A stretch of DNA of 64,000 bases from Calcarisporiella thermophila CBS 279.70 (Eukaryota > Fungi > Calcarisporiellomycota), in NCBI RefSeq assembly GCF_041956535.1, contig NW_027192191.1, positions 433,267-497,266 on the forward strand. The letters are read 5' to 3'. The translations under genes were made by a program, and so were the position numbers. The notes under the pieces are model-generated. The model saw only the letters and a program-made list of their open reading frames with translations. It was not told the origin of the DNA and did not search any database. Each line of letters begins with the position of its first letter. Position 1 is the stretch's first letter. Below, piece by piece: positions 41,135 to 53,424 of this stretch.

Positions 41135-44100
41135 ATGATTCCTTTTCAGCGGCGCCTCACTACGGGAGCTCGCCGCCAACCCGAATTCCTCACAAAGATG
41201 TTGCTTCATCGCACCGCGATGCTTATGTGTCTTCTCTTCTTTTTCAATGTCATCGTTCAAACTGAAGCACTTGACACTAAACCGAGCAATATTTCTCTTC
41301 TCCCGTACGGATACAATAGCCCAGCGAGATATTTCTCGCTAGAGCGAGATGATTGCCCACCATGTTTTAATTGCATGCTTCCAGCGTATAATTGCCAACA
41401 TTTTGCGAATTGTAGCGAGTTTGATGGACGCTGTAAATGTCCTCCAGGTTTTGGTGGGGATGATTGCTCACAGCCAGGTATATTTTACTTTTTGATTTGA
41501 AAAGTATTAACATACTCATCCGATCTAATTGATTCGATAATATCGCACAATTAGTATGTGGTTCACTGGCTGATGGCTCAAATCGGAAGATCCGAGAAGG
41601 AAAAGAATGCAAATGTGCTGATGGCTGGAGTGGTATTAATTGCAATGGTATGAAAATCTACAATTGGTTAAAATGCTTGGCGATAAATACTAAATAGTAT
41701 ATGTATTGATTAGTGTGCCAAAACGATATTGTGTGCAACTCGCTTGTACCGACGGGCATGAATGCAACCTGCTATACTGGCGGTCTTGCAGTTCGAAACA
41801 CACACCAAATGTGCAATGTTACAAGTAAGTGTTCATTGCATGCTATCCTTTTTGCTTGTCCCAAAAATTAATTATAATTGTAGATCGTAAAATTCTTGAT
41901 ATGCTCCCTAATCAGCCCCCCCAAGTTACATTTGACTGCAATGTGGAGGAAAAAACATGCGGTTTTCAATGTAAACATTCTGCGATATTTTTTGCATTTC
42001 GTCCCCTTTTGACTCTTTATTTAATATTTCGCTAGTTTGGATCGACCAAGTTGAATCCTTTTATTGTCATCTCAACGAATGCCAGTTCGATGGCGAAACA
42101 AGCGGAAGCCAAAATTCTACGAAATACCGTTGCCCCAAAATTCAGTGCAAATGCAAGCCTGGAGAGATGCTTTGTGGAAAGGAGGGTAGTATTGACATTT
42201 CAGATTTTCTTGCGGAAGAAATCAAAGGGCCAGCCTCTATGGATTGTAAAACAGGAGAGGGATGCAAGTTTGAAGGTAAATATTCGTTTCTTGTAGTATC
42301 ATTAAAATAATACTAATATCAGCACTTTGGGTTAATATAGAACCTGCTATGAATAATTTGATACTCATGGTCTTTGGCGATAATTATATCAGTCTAAAAT
42401 GTGAATCTGGCGAATGCTTGCATTATACCCAAGTACCTGGGTTCAAAGTAATTACAAATTTTCTTTTGACGATTTACTTTCCTTTGTTATGATATTTAAT
42501 GTTATACATATAAATTCCATTTTTTTTAGCGCATAGAAAAGCCCAATAATATTATCATGATCACCGTATCTGTTATTTCCGTAATCATCTTCCTTACGGG
42601 CGCTGTAACCGGTGTGTTCTACCTAGCTCGCAAATCAGAAAAAGGGTTTGGCCGAGGCGACTACATTCGCTTGGCTGACGATGAGGCTGCGAAATTAATG
42701 ACTCACCATACTCCGGCAACACTCACTTTTCAGGATGTGGAATATTATGTGAAAGATAAACAGATATTGACGGGCGTACATGGTATTGTAAAACCTGGGC
42801 AAGTGATGGCGATTATGGGGGCGTCTGGTTAGTAATACTCTTTCGATTTTTATCCTATAAATCCGACTAACATTGATTGTTGAATATCAACTAGGTGCTG
42901 GTAAAACTTCTCTATTGGATATATTAGCCCGCAAGCATAAAATGGGTGCAGTATCTGGTGAATTCCGAGTAAACGGCCAGACAGTTGGCGATGCACAATT
43001 TAAGCGCGTAACGGGCTTTGTCGATCAAGAGGACACGCTAATGGAAACGCTGACAGTCTTTGAAACAATCATGTATTCAGCAATGCTGCGTCTACCACGT
43101 GATATGTCCTATGAAGCAAAACAATTCCGCGTTATGGAGACTATGCATGAGCTTGGCATCTTAGGCATTAAAGACATGCGCATCGGGAGCTCTGGGCATA
43201 GATCAATTTCAGGTGGTGAAAAACGCCGTGTTTCGATTGCCTGTGAGCTTGTGACAAGTCCATCCATATTGTTTTTGGATGAGCCAACAAGCGGACTCGA
43301 TGCATACAACGCTTTTAATGTAGTCGAATGCCTTGTGCAGATGGCCCGACGTTACAATCGCACTGTGATATTCACGATTCATCAGCCTCGTAGCAATATT
43401 TTCGCACTCTTCGATCAACTAGTGCTGATGGCGAATGGGCATCTCGTCTATTCTGGAGACGCTCAACGATGCCAAGGCTACTTTGAAGGAATTGGACATC
43501 CATGTCCCGTGGGCTTCAATATTGCGGATTATTTGGTTGATTTGACGATGCGGGCATCGCATCCTAGCACATTTTCCGAGTTCCAACGCGATACTGGTGA
43601 GGAGCTGCAAGAGGTGATAGATCCTGTAACTGGACGTCGAGCAAGCTATAGCTCAGCATTGCGACCACGCCAGATGTCTATCAGTCGAAGCTCTCAGAGC
43701 TCAGGCACAGATCTGGTACTTGGAACGACTCCTCCCGTTTCGAGTGGAGCCTACCTTTCAAGCACACCCGGACAAATGGACGATGTAGTTGAAAGTGCTG
43801 CTCGCGCTTGGGAGAGCGAACTGCAATCACGTGATCGACGCCGCAGGCAACTGCGATTATGGGGTGGAAGGCGCGATAAATCACGTGAGAGGAGCCAGGC
43901 TCCGAAATCCACCTTAACCGAAGATGCAGAAGAACGCGGAGAGTCAAATGTGGCTGTGAATGTGGACGAAACCTCCCCTCTTACGCTTACTGAGTCGGAA
44001 CAGAATATATCTGTGCATTTGAATATGCTTATTGATGCATACCGTCGCAGCGTCATTTGTAGCAACGTACATGAGGAAATAGAGAGTTTATCTCGGCCTG

Positions 44101-45254
44101 TCGAAGTTGGAGTGGACCAAAGAGATGCTGAAGACCGGCAATGGGCCGACGACGAAGACGAAGTAGAGGCCAACACGGTAGTGGGTGAACCCCAGCGAAC
44201 AAGCTTGCTTTCTCATCGGCCTCGGTGGAGTCGCTTAGAGCGACAACAGCAGCAGTCATTTAGAGACAATGTCGTAACAACTTACAGACGCGTTTCATTG
44301 TTTACTCAGTTTTGTATTCTAAGTGATCGCACCTTCAAAAATCTCTACCGTGATCCCATGTTGATGCTGACCCACTACTGTATCAGCATATTCCTTGCAC
44401 GTAAGTAGCAATTATAAAAAGCTTCAAATGTATGTCCTTTGACACTTTTGCCACTTTATCTCTCTCCAGTCCTGTGTGGTATGCTCTTCTTCCGCGTGAC
44501 AAATGATATCGCCGGTTTTCAGAACCGCATGGGCGTTTTCTTTTTCATGTGTACGCTATTTGGGTTTGAATGTCTGACCTCTTTGCAGACGTTTGCTACC
44601 GAACGCATCCTCTTCATGCGCGAACGCGCCAACGGTTATTACAAACCTCTGCCTTATTTCCTTGCAAAGATCCTCTTTGACATCCTCCCTCTGCGTGTTC
44701 TGCCTCCCCTATTGATGGGTGTAATCGTATACCAGATGGTAGGACTGGTCAATGGGCTACCGGAATTTGTTAGATTTTTGCTTGTGCTTGTACTATTCAA
44801 CTTGACTGCAGCGAGTATTTGTTTGTGTCTGGGGGTTGTGTTCCGCAATTCGGCTGTGGCTTCATTGATCGCCTCACTGATCATGCTCTTCAGCATGCTA
44901 TTTGGCGGCTTACTTCTGAACAAAGGTAGGATGATATTCTGCAAAGCTTCGTGGGCAACAGACTAACCTAGCACCCTTGTAGATTCCATTCCCCAATATC
45001 TTACGTGGCTTAAAGACCTTTCTTTCTTCAACTACGCATTCGAAGCGCTTATCGTAAATGAGATGCTGTACCTACAACTACAAGAGAAGAAATTTGGTCT
45101 TATCATTGATGTGCCTGGAGCAACGATCCTTTCGACATTTGGATTCAATGCTCGTGGCTATTGGCCAGACGTAACAAAGCTGGCCATCATGTTTGGGGTG
45201 TTTTTGGTATTTGCATTTGGGTGGCTACAATTTTTCGTAAAAGAAAGACGCTAA
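41135..45254 (+). CDS. ADP1: ABCG half-transporter with N-terminal EGF-like Cys-rich domain (Adp1-like); start uncertain
   Basis: [22 protein letters not shown]|[49 protein letters not shown]-terminal V.ERR. Confidence 0.93.
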
Positions 45255-45769
45255 GTCCCTTTAATGTGGTTTCTTTCGATTCGCTTTTTAATCCCTATTT
45301 ATTTTCTTAACTCCCCTGGAAGATGGTGGCTACTCATCTTTCGATTTTGCTCATAAATTCTTACTTTATCCTTTATTTCCCGCCTACCGAATAATACATA
45401 TTGTACAATGGCAGACAAGTATTATGCTATTTACGCAAAAAAGTACCCGGTTAAAAGAGCAATAAGCCTCCTGCAGCTACTATTTTCTGTGTATAGGGCT
45501 GCTCCATTCATCCGCAGGATATTTAGTATTATATTGTTTCTATTCACACCAAAAGGTGGTGAGTAATTCAGAGCTCATATGAAAATATGTGGCGGTAGAA
45601 TTAAACGTGAACTCTGCAAATACGGTAGTAGATCTACTTACCGAAGATCCAACAATTTAACCCCCGGATTATTAATTTTCTTATACATAAGCAATTTTAG
45701 ATTTAGCCGCCTCTTATATTCACAACCTCCTCTATTATTGAAATCAATCCCATTCTATCAAATTACAAG

Positions 45770-47235
45770 ATGAACCAGAAGAACATTGATATAGTGTAAA
45801 TAGGCTGAAGGCTATATCATTCTGAAGACTTTCTAATGGGCTACTCTTATTTTTAAATAGCGTATTTGGAGCTACTGGATTTACGGGGAAATTCATAGTT
45901 GAGGAAATAGCGCGCACTCATTCCGCGCTTCCTAGACCATTTTCTTGGGCTATTGCCGGGCGTTCTAGCGAACGTCTTGCTGCTGTTATTGATAAACTAC
46001 CGCCTGGTGTTCCGACGCCCGAAATACTCATTGCAGATGTTAACAATCCCGAATCATTAAATGCTATGTGCTCAAGGGCTCGCCTTTGTATTAGCGCGGT
46101 AGGACCCTACAAACTCTACGGCGAACCGGTTGTTAAAGCATGTGTAGAAAATGATTGTAATTATGTGGATGTCACTGGTAAGTCGATTTCCGCTTACTTC
46201 TACGCTCAGTTCACTTATTCATTTCAATCTAGGCGAAACGTACTTTATTGAGTTGATGTACGCCAAGTATTTCACAGCTGCAAAGGAAAAAGGTGTTACA
46301 CTCGTAAATGCATGTGGATTCGATAGCATTCCAAGTGACATGGGTGTTGTATTCGCAAAAAAGACTATGGAATCCATTGGCGGCAAAGCAACCCAAATCG
46401 AAATGTATTTCCGAGCAAAGGGCGGTCCCCATGGGATAGCTGCCAATTATGCGACTTATGAGAGTGCGAGTAAGTGTCCTCTATCCTGCCATTGACTCTA
46501 GTCTCTCAGTTAAACAGCATTGGCTATATTGATTTAGTTCACAGTTTCAGTGGATTAAATGAACTCGGCAAACTACGCAAACAGATCAAGCTTCCAAAGG
46601 TACCCACTGTCGGCCCCCGCCTAACTTTTCATAAATCTCCTCGATATGATGCACGTGTCGGCACCTACACGATTCCTTTTATGTTTGCTGATCCCTCGGT
46701 AGTACGGCACTCTCAAAGACTCGACCTCTTAAATATAGAGGACAATGGCAATGATCAGACTCACGAACCTCCTGCACAGTTCTCTGCTTATGTGGTGGTG
46801 CCCACGTTCTACTATTTTGCCCTACTGCTTTTGTACGGAGTATTGTTTACATTTCTCGTCAAATTCGATTATGGACGCAAGCTGCTACTTAAACACCCTC
46901 GACTTTTCACACACGGGGTATTCAGCCGTGAAGGCCCTACGCAGAAGCAGCTTGAAGATACCAGTTTTACGTCCCGCTTTTACGTTAAAGGCTTCTCAAA
47001 AGATCCCAACCATCTCGACCGATCCGTGACGGTGGAAGTACGTGGTCCTGAAATGGGCTATATAACGACACCAAAGTGCGTTGTGCAAGCAGCCTATGTT
47101 GTGCTTACAGAGAAGGACAAAGTCCCGAATGGAGTCTTGACACCAGCGGCAGCATTTGCTAAAACTAGCCTAATCGAAAGATTGCAGCAACATGGACTTA
47201 CATTTGAGATTGTGGAAGATACAAAATCTTTTTAA
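45770..47235 (+). CDS. Saccharopine dehydrogenase-like oxidoreductase (SCCPDH-like)
   Basis: DIV|VFGATGFTG, AIAGRS, VGPY.LYGEPVV.AC, YVDVTGE, CGFDSIPSDMG, GPEMGY..T, GVLTPAAAF. Confidence 0.9.
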
Positions 47236-47355
47236 GGAAACAAAAAAGTCAATGTATTTATTACAATAAAGAGTTGATGAAGTTAAACGAGAAAGTCCAT
47301 AGAAAAGAAAAAAAACCATAACAAATTATTAAAGTTACTATTAACACAGGTACAT

Positions 47356-49041
47356 TTACAAATCCGACAAAGGCAATTCGTCATCACTAGTGAACACTAA
47401 GTTGTTCAAAGATATATTGCCGTGATGTCTATCCCTGGTCGGAGAGGAGAGAGAAGGAACGATCGCGGGAGAGGATGGAGGCTGATTCGAGTCTCTTTTA
47501 GCCAAGAACCGCGCCTTAGGTGTTTGATAGTGTGGCGAGTCTGCAACTGGGACTGGGACCGGTGAGGAAGACCGAAGACCCTCAGTGATAGATGTGGGCG
47601 GTGATGAGTATCGAATACGCTGCCTTTTGCTTGACTGTGAAATAGAGCCCAATTTCTTTGTGGATGAGGAAATAGCACTTTCGTGCTCCTCCTCCATGGA
47701 CACATCTGCAGGAGGTCTTGGTTTTGGTGGCCAGGGGCTCTTTGGCTCAGTTCTCTTCCGGTCGCCTGTAGTGGGCTGGGTTGAAGGGCTGCTGCTCCGA
47801 CTTGAATAATCGTAATTATACCGGCGTCGAGTGTCACTTGGTAGCCGAGGAGGCTTCTTAAAGAAGTACTGTTTATCCGTTAGAGCGCACTTGCGTGCTC
47901 CCTTCATAAGTGAAGAATAAATCTGTTTTCTCGACAGATCTGTGTCGTTTGCATTGATGTAATAGTAAAAATGCTCCTTGGGCTTGTTGTCTGCAACTTT
48001 CCCTCGACGCTCAACTTTGCCGAAGCAATCATGTTCGTTCAAAGTTTTCTCAATTTGAATCTTCCACAAGGTAGTGCTCTGGTCAGCATATGATGGGTGG
48101 TTTGTCATGATTTGGTGGTAAATATCACCAACCGTCGAGGAGCTCTTGCGGGAGAAAACAAGCGCATCAATCACAAGCCCAACAAAGTCAACACCTTCAG
48201 GCAGCTGCTCTTCATTATTGGGTAACTTTGCATCTTCATCGACTCCATGGAAAGAAAATGCGTCTAGATTTAGCTCGGCACCAACGCCTTCGTCCTTCGC
48301 TTTGAACGATGTGGAGATTGCGGGGGGCTCAGTTATATCTATCTCAACCTCATCCTCCTCGACGATGCGAACTCCTTTTTCCCCTTCCACTTCATCAGCT
48401 TCCATTGTATCACGGACTCGTTTAATCCCACTTATCTCGTTTTCATTCACTTCTTCCTCCTCCTCTTCCTCTACTGGATGCAAATAAGGGCTGGATGGCA
48501 TGATTGGCACTGCAACGTCTTCCTCTTCCACAATTTCCTCCTCCACCTCTACCTCTTCATATGCTTCGTCGTTCTCTTCCTTCGTATCTAGTGCTGATTT
48601 TTCCAGTTCACACATATTCCGGGGCATCCTAAAAACCATCTTGGCACCCAGCATATCCACCTCGGAGCCGTCCACCAACGCAACAGTCTTTCCCATCTGA
48701 TATGGAATGCCGTCCACTATCGCACCATTGACACCATGAATGTGAAAATCAAAAAATTGGCTTTCCGGGTTCCAACGAATAGTTGCATGCACTCGCGAGA
48801 CTTGACGGTTCCCACCTCCGACTTTTATTGTGCAGCGAGGACTTCTCCCGACGGTGAGGTCACGATCACGCTCTCCTACTACAACCACAGGTTCGACTGG
48901 CGGTAGTGAGGATGCGGTAGTGTGGCTTTCTTGTGGCTTTTGTGACTGAGGTTTAGCAATCGCAGCGCCAGCCGTAAATGTGTCCGGAAGATTAAGTGCA
49001 TTCGAAATTTGTAGCGGCATGGAAGTGCACAGTGTAGCCAT
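47356..49041 (-). CDS. FHA-domain protein, Tos4/Plm2-like
   Basis: FHA motifs VGRS...VSRVHA...G.NG; acidic linker; winged-helix-like C-domain L.....FGKVERRGK.AD.KP.E..YYY....D.D..R.......KGARKC....KQYFFKKP. Intronless. Confidence 0.82.
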   Translation of the reverse strand: MATLCTSMPLQISNALNLPDTFTAGAAIAKPQSQKPQESHTTASSLPPVEPVVVVGERDRDLTVGRSPRCTIKVGGGNRQVSRVHATIRWNPESQFFDFHIHGVNGAIVDGIPYQMGKTVALVDGSEVDMLGAKMVFRMPRNMCELEKSALDTKEENDEAYEEVEVEEEIVEEEDVAVPIMPSSPYLHPVEEEEEEEVNENEISGIKRVRDTMEADEVEGEKGVRIVEEDEVEIDITEPPAISTSFKAKDEGVGAELNLDAFSFHGVDEDAKLPNNEEQLPEGVDFVGLVIDALVFSRKSSSTVGDIYHQIMTNHPSYADQSTTLWKIQIEKTLNEHDCFGKVERRGKVADNKPKEHFYYYINANDTDLSRKQIYSSLMKGARKCALTDKQYFFKKPPRLPSDTRRRYNYDYSSRSSSPSTQPTTGDRKRTEPKSPWPPKPRPPADVSMEEEHESAISSSTKKLGSISQSSKRQRIRYSSPPTSITEGLRSSSPVPVPVADSPHYQTPKARFLAKRDSNQPPSSPAIVPSLSSPTRDRHHGNISLNNLVFTSDDELPLSDL

Positions 49042-49216
49042 GAACTGAAAGTGCTCTGAAAGGAAAATATAAACTAACGGGCAGAGATATATACAAGTTT
49101 AGAGAGTATATTTAAAGTGTAGGTTAGGTTAGCTTTTTAATAGGGTATTTGCAAGACGGAGGAGGGAAATGCGAGGGACCGTTAATATATATCTTATTTT
49201 TTTTTTTTTCCCTGGG

Positions 49217-49344
49217 ACGCGTTTTCCATTTTTCGCGTTATATTGGCAAGCGAATAGGACGCGAGTCTTTTGTGACGCAGTTTGGTTATTAAAAAAGGGA
49301 AGCTGGGATAAAAATTAAAAACGCGAAAAACGCGAAAACGCGAG
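49217..49344. promoter_or_regulatory. Cluster of six ACGCG (MCB/SCB-like) elements upstream of the TOS4-like gene
   Basis: ACGCGT 49217; TTTTCGCGT ~49230-49238; ACGCGA 49259; tandem ACGCGAAAA/ACGCGAAA/ACGCGA at 49321-49344, all in AT-rich DNA. Confidence 0.8.
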
Positions 49345-50035
49345 CTTTTAAACTCCGCACTCACCAAAGTTATCCATTCAAATTCCCTCCATTATTATTT
49401 TGCAGAGCTACCTTTTTTTTTTCAATGTTATACATTATACTTACAAAACCACTTCGACATCCTATTAATTTAAGAAGGTAAAACCCTGTGCGAACTTTTG
49501 CGATAATATTTTGTCAATCATAGAGAAATTATACATTGTTCGTATTGAATCACTTCCACATTTATTCTATGACATTATGAAACGCACGATTAAGTACTAC
49601 ATCATAAACTAACTCTCCTTGAAGGCATTTAAGCGTCGATAGACATATCCTTATGGAAGTAATCACACAGAGAATCTATGCACAATCCGCTGTGAAATTT
49701 CTTCAATTGTTATGAGAAGGTTTCATTAAGGTAAACAATTTGGAGAGATTCAAAAGTAGTTAAACGAACTGCGTGGCAAGATTGCATCTGTAGTAGAATT
49801 TCATAACTTAAAAACGTTTTCATAGTGGCATTCTTAAATCTATCGTTTGCGCATTCGAAATTATTTTTTTCTGCTTCCTGAAGTCGAAAATTCTTGATCT
49901 TTGTATAAAATGGTAATGATTGATGTATTTTGCGGATAAAAATACCATTTTGACTAATGAAACCACTACCTGAAACAAGTAATAATTAAACAGCGGAAGA
50001 ATCTATTTAATACAAGTATTGATTCGACGAATTTG

Positions 50036-50347
50036 TTAACAGGCCTTTTCTACCTCTGAACTACCATTATACTTCGAGCAGGCATCAATGAAGGCCTGCT
50101 GTTTTTTTTCGCAATTGCGCTTGCCGCGAGCTTTACATCTCCAGCCGCGGACGGAATACTGTTCGCAATCATATTCGCCAGACAATTCTGCGGCTAACCT
50201 GCGACACACTTCTGTACCTGTACCAAAGCAAACCGCTTTCCCTTTACCGTATTTGGCGCTGAGCCCGCACGCCGCTTCGCTTAAAGATATACTGAACAAT
50301 AACGCAGTCACTACAAATAGTACTCTTGAGATGCTCATTCTTGTCAT
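50036..50347 (-). CDS. Small secreted cysteine-rich protein (103 aa, 8 Cys)
   Basis: Hydrophobic signal peptide ending SEA|A; mature ~78 aa, basic, with 8 Cys; TATA-like TATATTTA upstream (~50424-50431); intronless. Confidence 0.8.
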   Translation of the reverse strand: MTRMSISRVLFVVTALLFSISLSEAACGLSAKYGKGKAVCFGTGTEVCRRLAAELSGEYDCEQYSVRGWRCKARGKRNCEKKQQAFIDACSKYNGSSEVEKAC

Positions 50348-51634
50348 ATTTGAAGCGAAAGTATATAATTTTAGTGGTAAAAGGAGCTACTGTAGGAAAG
50401 AGGCCAAGTGATCACAGGGATAAATAAATATAGATCTAGAGAATTTAGGCGAATTGAAATTTAGCATTTTTTCCCATTTAAGAAATTGTCTACCCGAGTA
50501 CATTCTTACTGCTCCACGATTTCATATCGTGTTCAACATACTCGTTGAAATAAAGAATCTTACGTGAAAATCGACTCGTGGCGAAAAAGTTTCAACTTGA
50601 TCGCTCGCAATGACAATAACAGCGAACTGAAACAAAATTGAAATCCTTACTAGTGGCATTTTTTTATTCTACCATTATGGAATATTGTAAACACTATTCA
50701 ATTAATAATTATCTACGCCGCGGTACTTTCCCACAAAACTCAATGGAGATCAGAAGAGAAAATCAAAAGTGAGCGAGACTTTTTGGTTTGCGTGAAAAGG
50801 GCTTGTCAAGTGCAAGTGCACTAAGTTTCTGTTATATTTACCACATGATGGGAATGTTCAAGAACACAATCGAAGGATTCCAGTGGAAAAATATTTCGGT
50901 ATCAATAATACTTGGGAACGGCTACCACTCGATCCAAGCAGTACCAAACCTCAGGACTGACACAACAATCAATTTTCTTCAGCGAGTATCCTACTGCTCG
51001 AAATGGCTGATAAACGCTCTTTTAAATTCAACCTAGCTGTAGCTCAAAGTTGGCTCTTCAGTCTTTCGTATACAATCCACTAGATTTTTGCATCACCACG
51101 CAAACACATGGCCATGTATGTAATGTGGATCTCTAAAGATATTCTCGTCAGTTTTGAATAATCCTGGGCAATAGCGCTAACCAGACTGAAATTACCAAAC
51201 AGTGGAATCATATACTATATACCCACTGATCCAATGTATCCTAATATCAATTGGAAGGGAATAAAGAGTAGGTCAGTAATGGTAATGGAACGAAATTGGC
51301 CGAATTCCCGACGATTAAGGTGGAAGCTTGGTTTGGGGTACAGTGAATTCATCCAATGAGGAATAGACAATAGAAAAGAGGGACTTTCACCTTTCGAGGA
51401 CTCCAGCTTTTCATTGCGATCTTCTCGGTCGGTGCATATAATTTCATTATCTACTTTGTATCAGAAGATCTTTCGATCGAGTTATCTTCCAAATGAGAGA
51501 GAATCAGCTCCTATTGTTCACACCTAAGTAGAATCCTATTAATATCGTTTGTACTAATTAGAGATATATTTCAGATTTTCTGATATTATAAATTCTTACC
51601 TCAAATTGCCATTTCTATGAAACATTTCAAGTCG

Positions 51635-51706
51635 TCTTCGGTAGTATAGTGGTTAGTATTCCCGCCTGTCACGCGGGCGACCCGGGTTCAATTCCCGGCC
51701 GGAGAG
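51635..51706 (+). tRNA. tRNA-Asp (GTC)
   Basis: 72 nt; acceptor stem TCTTCGG/CCGGAGA plus G73; D arm AGTATAGTGGTTAGTATT; anticodon arm CCCGC-CTGTCAC-GCGGG; T loop GGTTCAATTCC; T-run terminator at ~51712. Confidence 0.97.
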
Positions 51707-52001
51707 TAATATTTTTCTTTTTTATTTATATTTGCACATAACACATTAGCCCAAATATCATCTCTTTTTTTTCATCGTAGATATTTGAAGCAACGATTGT
51801 CATGGATTGTTGCTATTCCATCAACATTATAAGCTATAGCCAATAAGACAACCAGTGTCACAATGCCTTGATATGAGATCAGCTAGAAAAACAATAAAAA
51901 TTGGAAACAAGTATTGATGAAATTTTATTGAAAGGGTTTTGTATTTTAACACGAAGCTAAAGAGTCGATAGAGCCATGCTTATTTACTTTCGCTCGATAT
52001 C

Positions 52002-53424
52002 CTATTTGCTTTTATAGTTAGGGATGATGCGGTCTCTTTTCAAGCGGTCCATGATCTCAATCCACATTTCATCCGAATCCTTGTATCCGGTCCAGCCAAG
52101 TTTTCGTGCTTTACTCATCGAAGAAAGCACCTTCCAAGTTCTACTGGCCATGCCCTCTAAAAAAAATCCAGCGATTAATAACTTGGTATCTATCAAACGG
52201 GAAGAAAAGAAAAATGAGGCAATAAAGGCGTACCAGCAAATTGCCACGTAGCATATTTGAAGGCCTCCTTATCCAACCCGTATTTCTCCGCGATCCCGTC
52301 CCATTCATGCTCATGACTTTTTACAAGGTCTATAAGCGAAGGCAGCCCGCTTTGTTTTCCCTGTGTGTTAAAATTTTGCTCTGGGCAGGGCACGTCGAAG
52401 TACTTGCAAAGTAGCGGCCATATATTTTCCCATCGGGTCACGTCTCCGTTCACGCAGTTGAATGCTTCATTTGCACACTGTTCATGTGTAGATGCCCATA
52501 CAGTGAACTCTGCAAGAAGAGGGGCGTACGAAAAGTCACAAAACTCCTCCCACCAGAATTTTGAGCCTATTTACCAAATCATAACCTATTTAATTATGAA
52601 TTCCGTAAAATACCTGCTTCCGCAGGATAGTTTACCGTAAAACAAGGCGGGTAGTCCTAACTCCTTCACCAGTGCGAAATACAACCCAATTGTTGGTGCC
52701 ATTGACATGAAATTTCCACGAGAACTGCCCACAATCACATCTGGTCGAACGACGACCCAAGCCCACTTCTTTCCCTTCTGATGTTCAAGGAGGAAATCTT
52801 CCTGGTCATAATAGAAATTGGGCTCATCAAGTCGAGGATACTCCTCACGATAAGGTGTTCTTGTATTGTTAGGATGGTGGCATCCATAATACTATTGAAA
52901 ATGGTGATTAGATAATGCGGTAATACGATTAGAATTCTGATCTTATTTTCGCCTACTTTTGTCCCGGTTTGGAGGTGAACTCTCTGCAGCTTGGAAGCTA
53001 TATCTTCCACCGCGATCACTGCATTTTTCAGCCTTGATATTAAGATATATAAATAAGAGATATTGCACTCTTTAGATTCCAAAATAAGATTAATTAAGAC
53101 CTACATCTTCAAGTTCCAATCAATCAACTCCTTATCGGTTGGCATATCTCGATACGCAAAAAAGTAGAGGTGTGTCACTTCCTGGGCCCCACCTTTCTTC
53201 AATTCCTCTTTCATCTTCTCCAAAGGCGTCCCATACAAATCAATAGTGATGTGTTCAAGCCGACCGTATTTATCAGCATCCTTGAACGGATGCAAAGGAG
53301 GGCGCTGAGAGACACATATTATCCTCTTGAAGTCTTGTGGAGACGTTTTAGTAAGAAGGTGCTCTGTAAGCGCGTGCCCAGAGATTCCATTGCTTCCGAA
53401 AATAATAGCCACTTTGCCTGTCAT
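52002..53424 (-). CDS. PRISE-type (progesterone 5-beta-reductase-like) short-chain dehydrogenase (5 exons)
   Basis: IFGSNGISG, VTHLYF.AY, LQTGTK|YYG, PNFYYDQED, W.VVRPDVIVG, EAFN.VNGD, SSMSKARKLGW. Confidence 0.88.

Noticed and set aside
50728-50734. CSL site (TTCCCAC) upstream of the secreted protein
   Set aside because: One 7-mer; several are expected by chance in 64 kb.
50780-51600. Possible decayed gene or transposon remnant before the tRNA
   Set aside because: Only short interrupted frames; no transposase/RT motifs or terminal repeats recognised.
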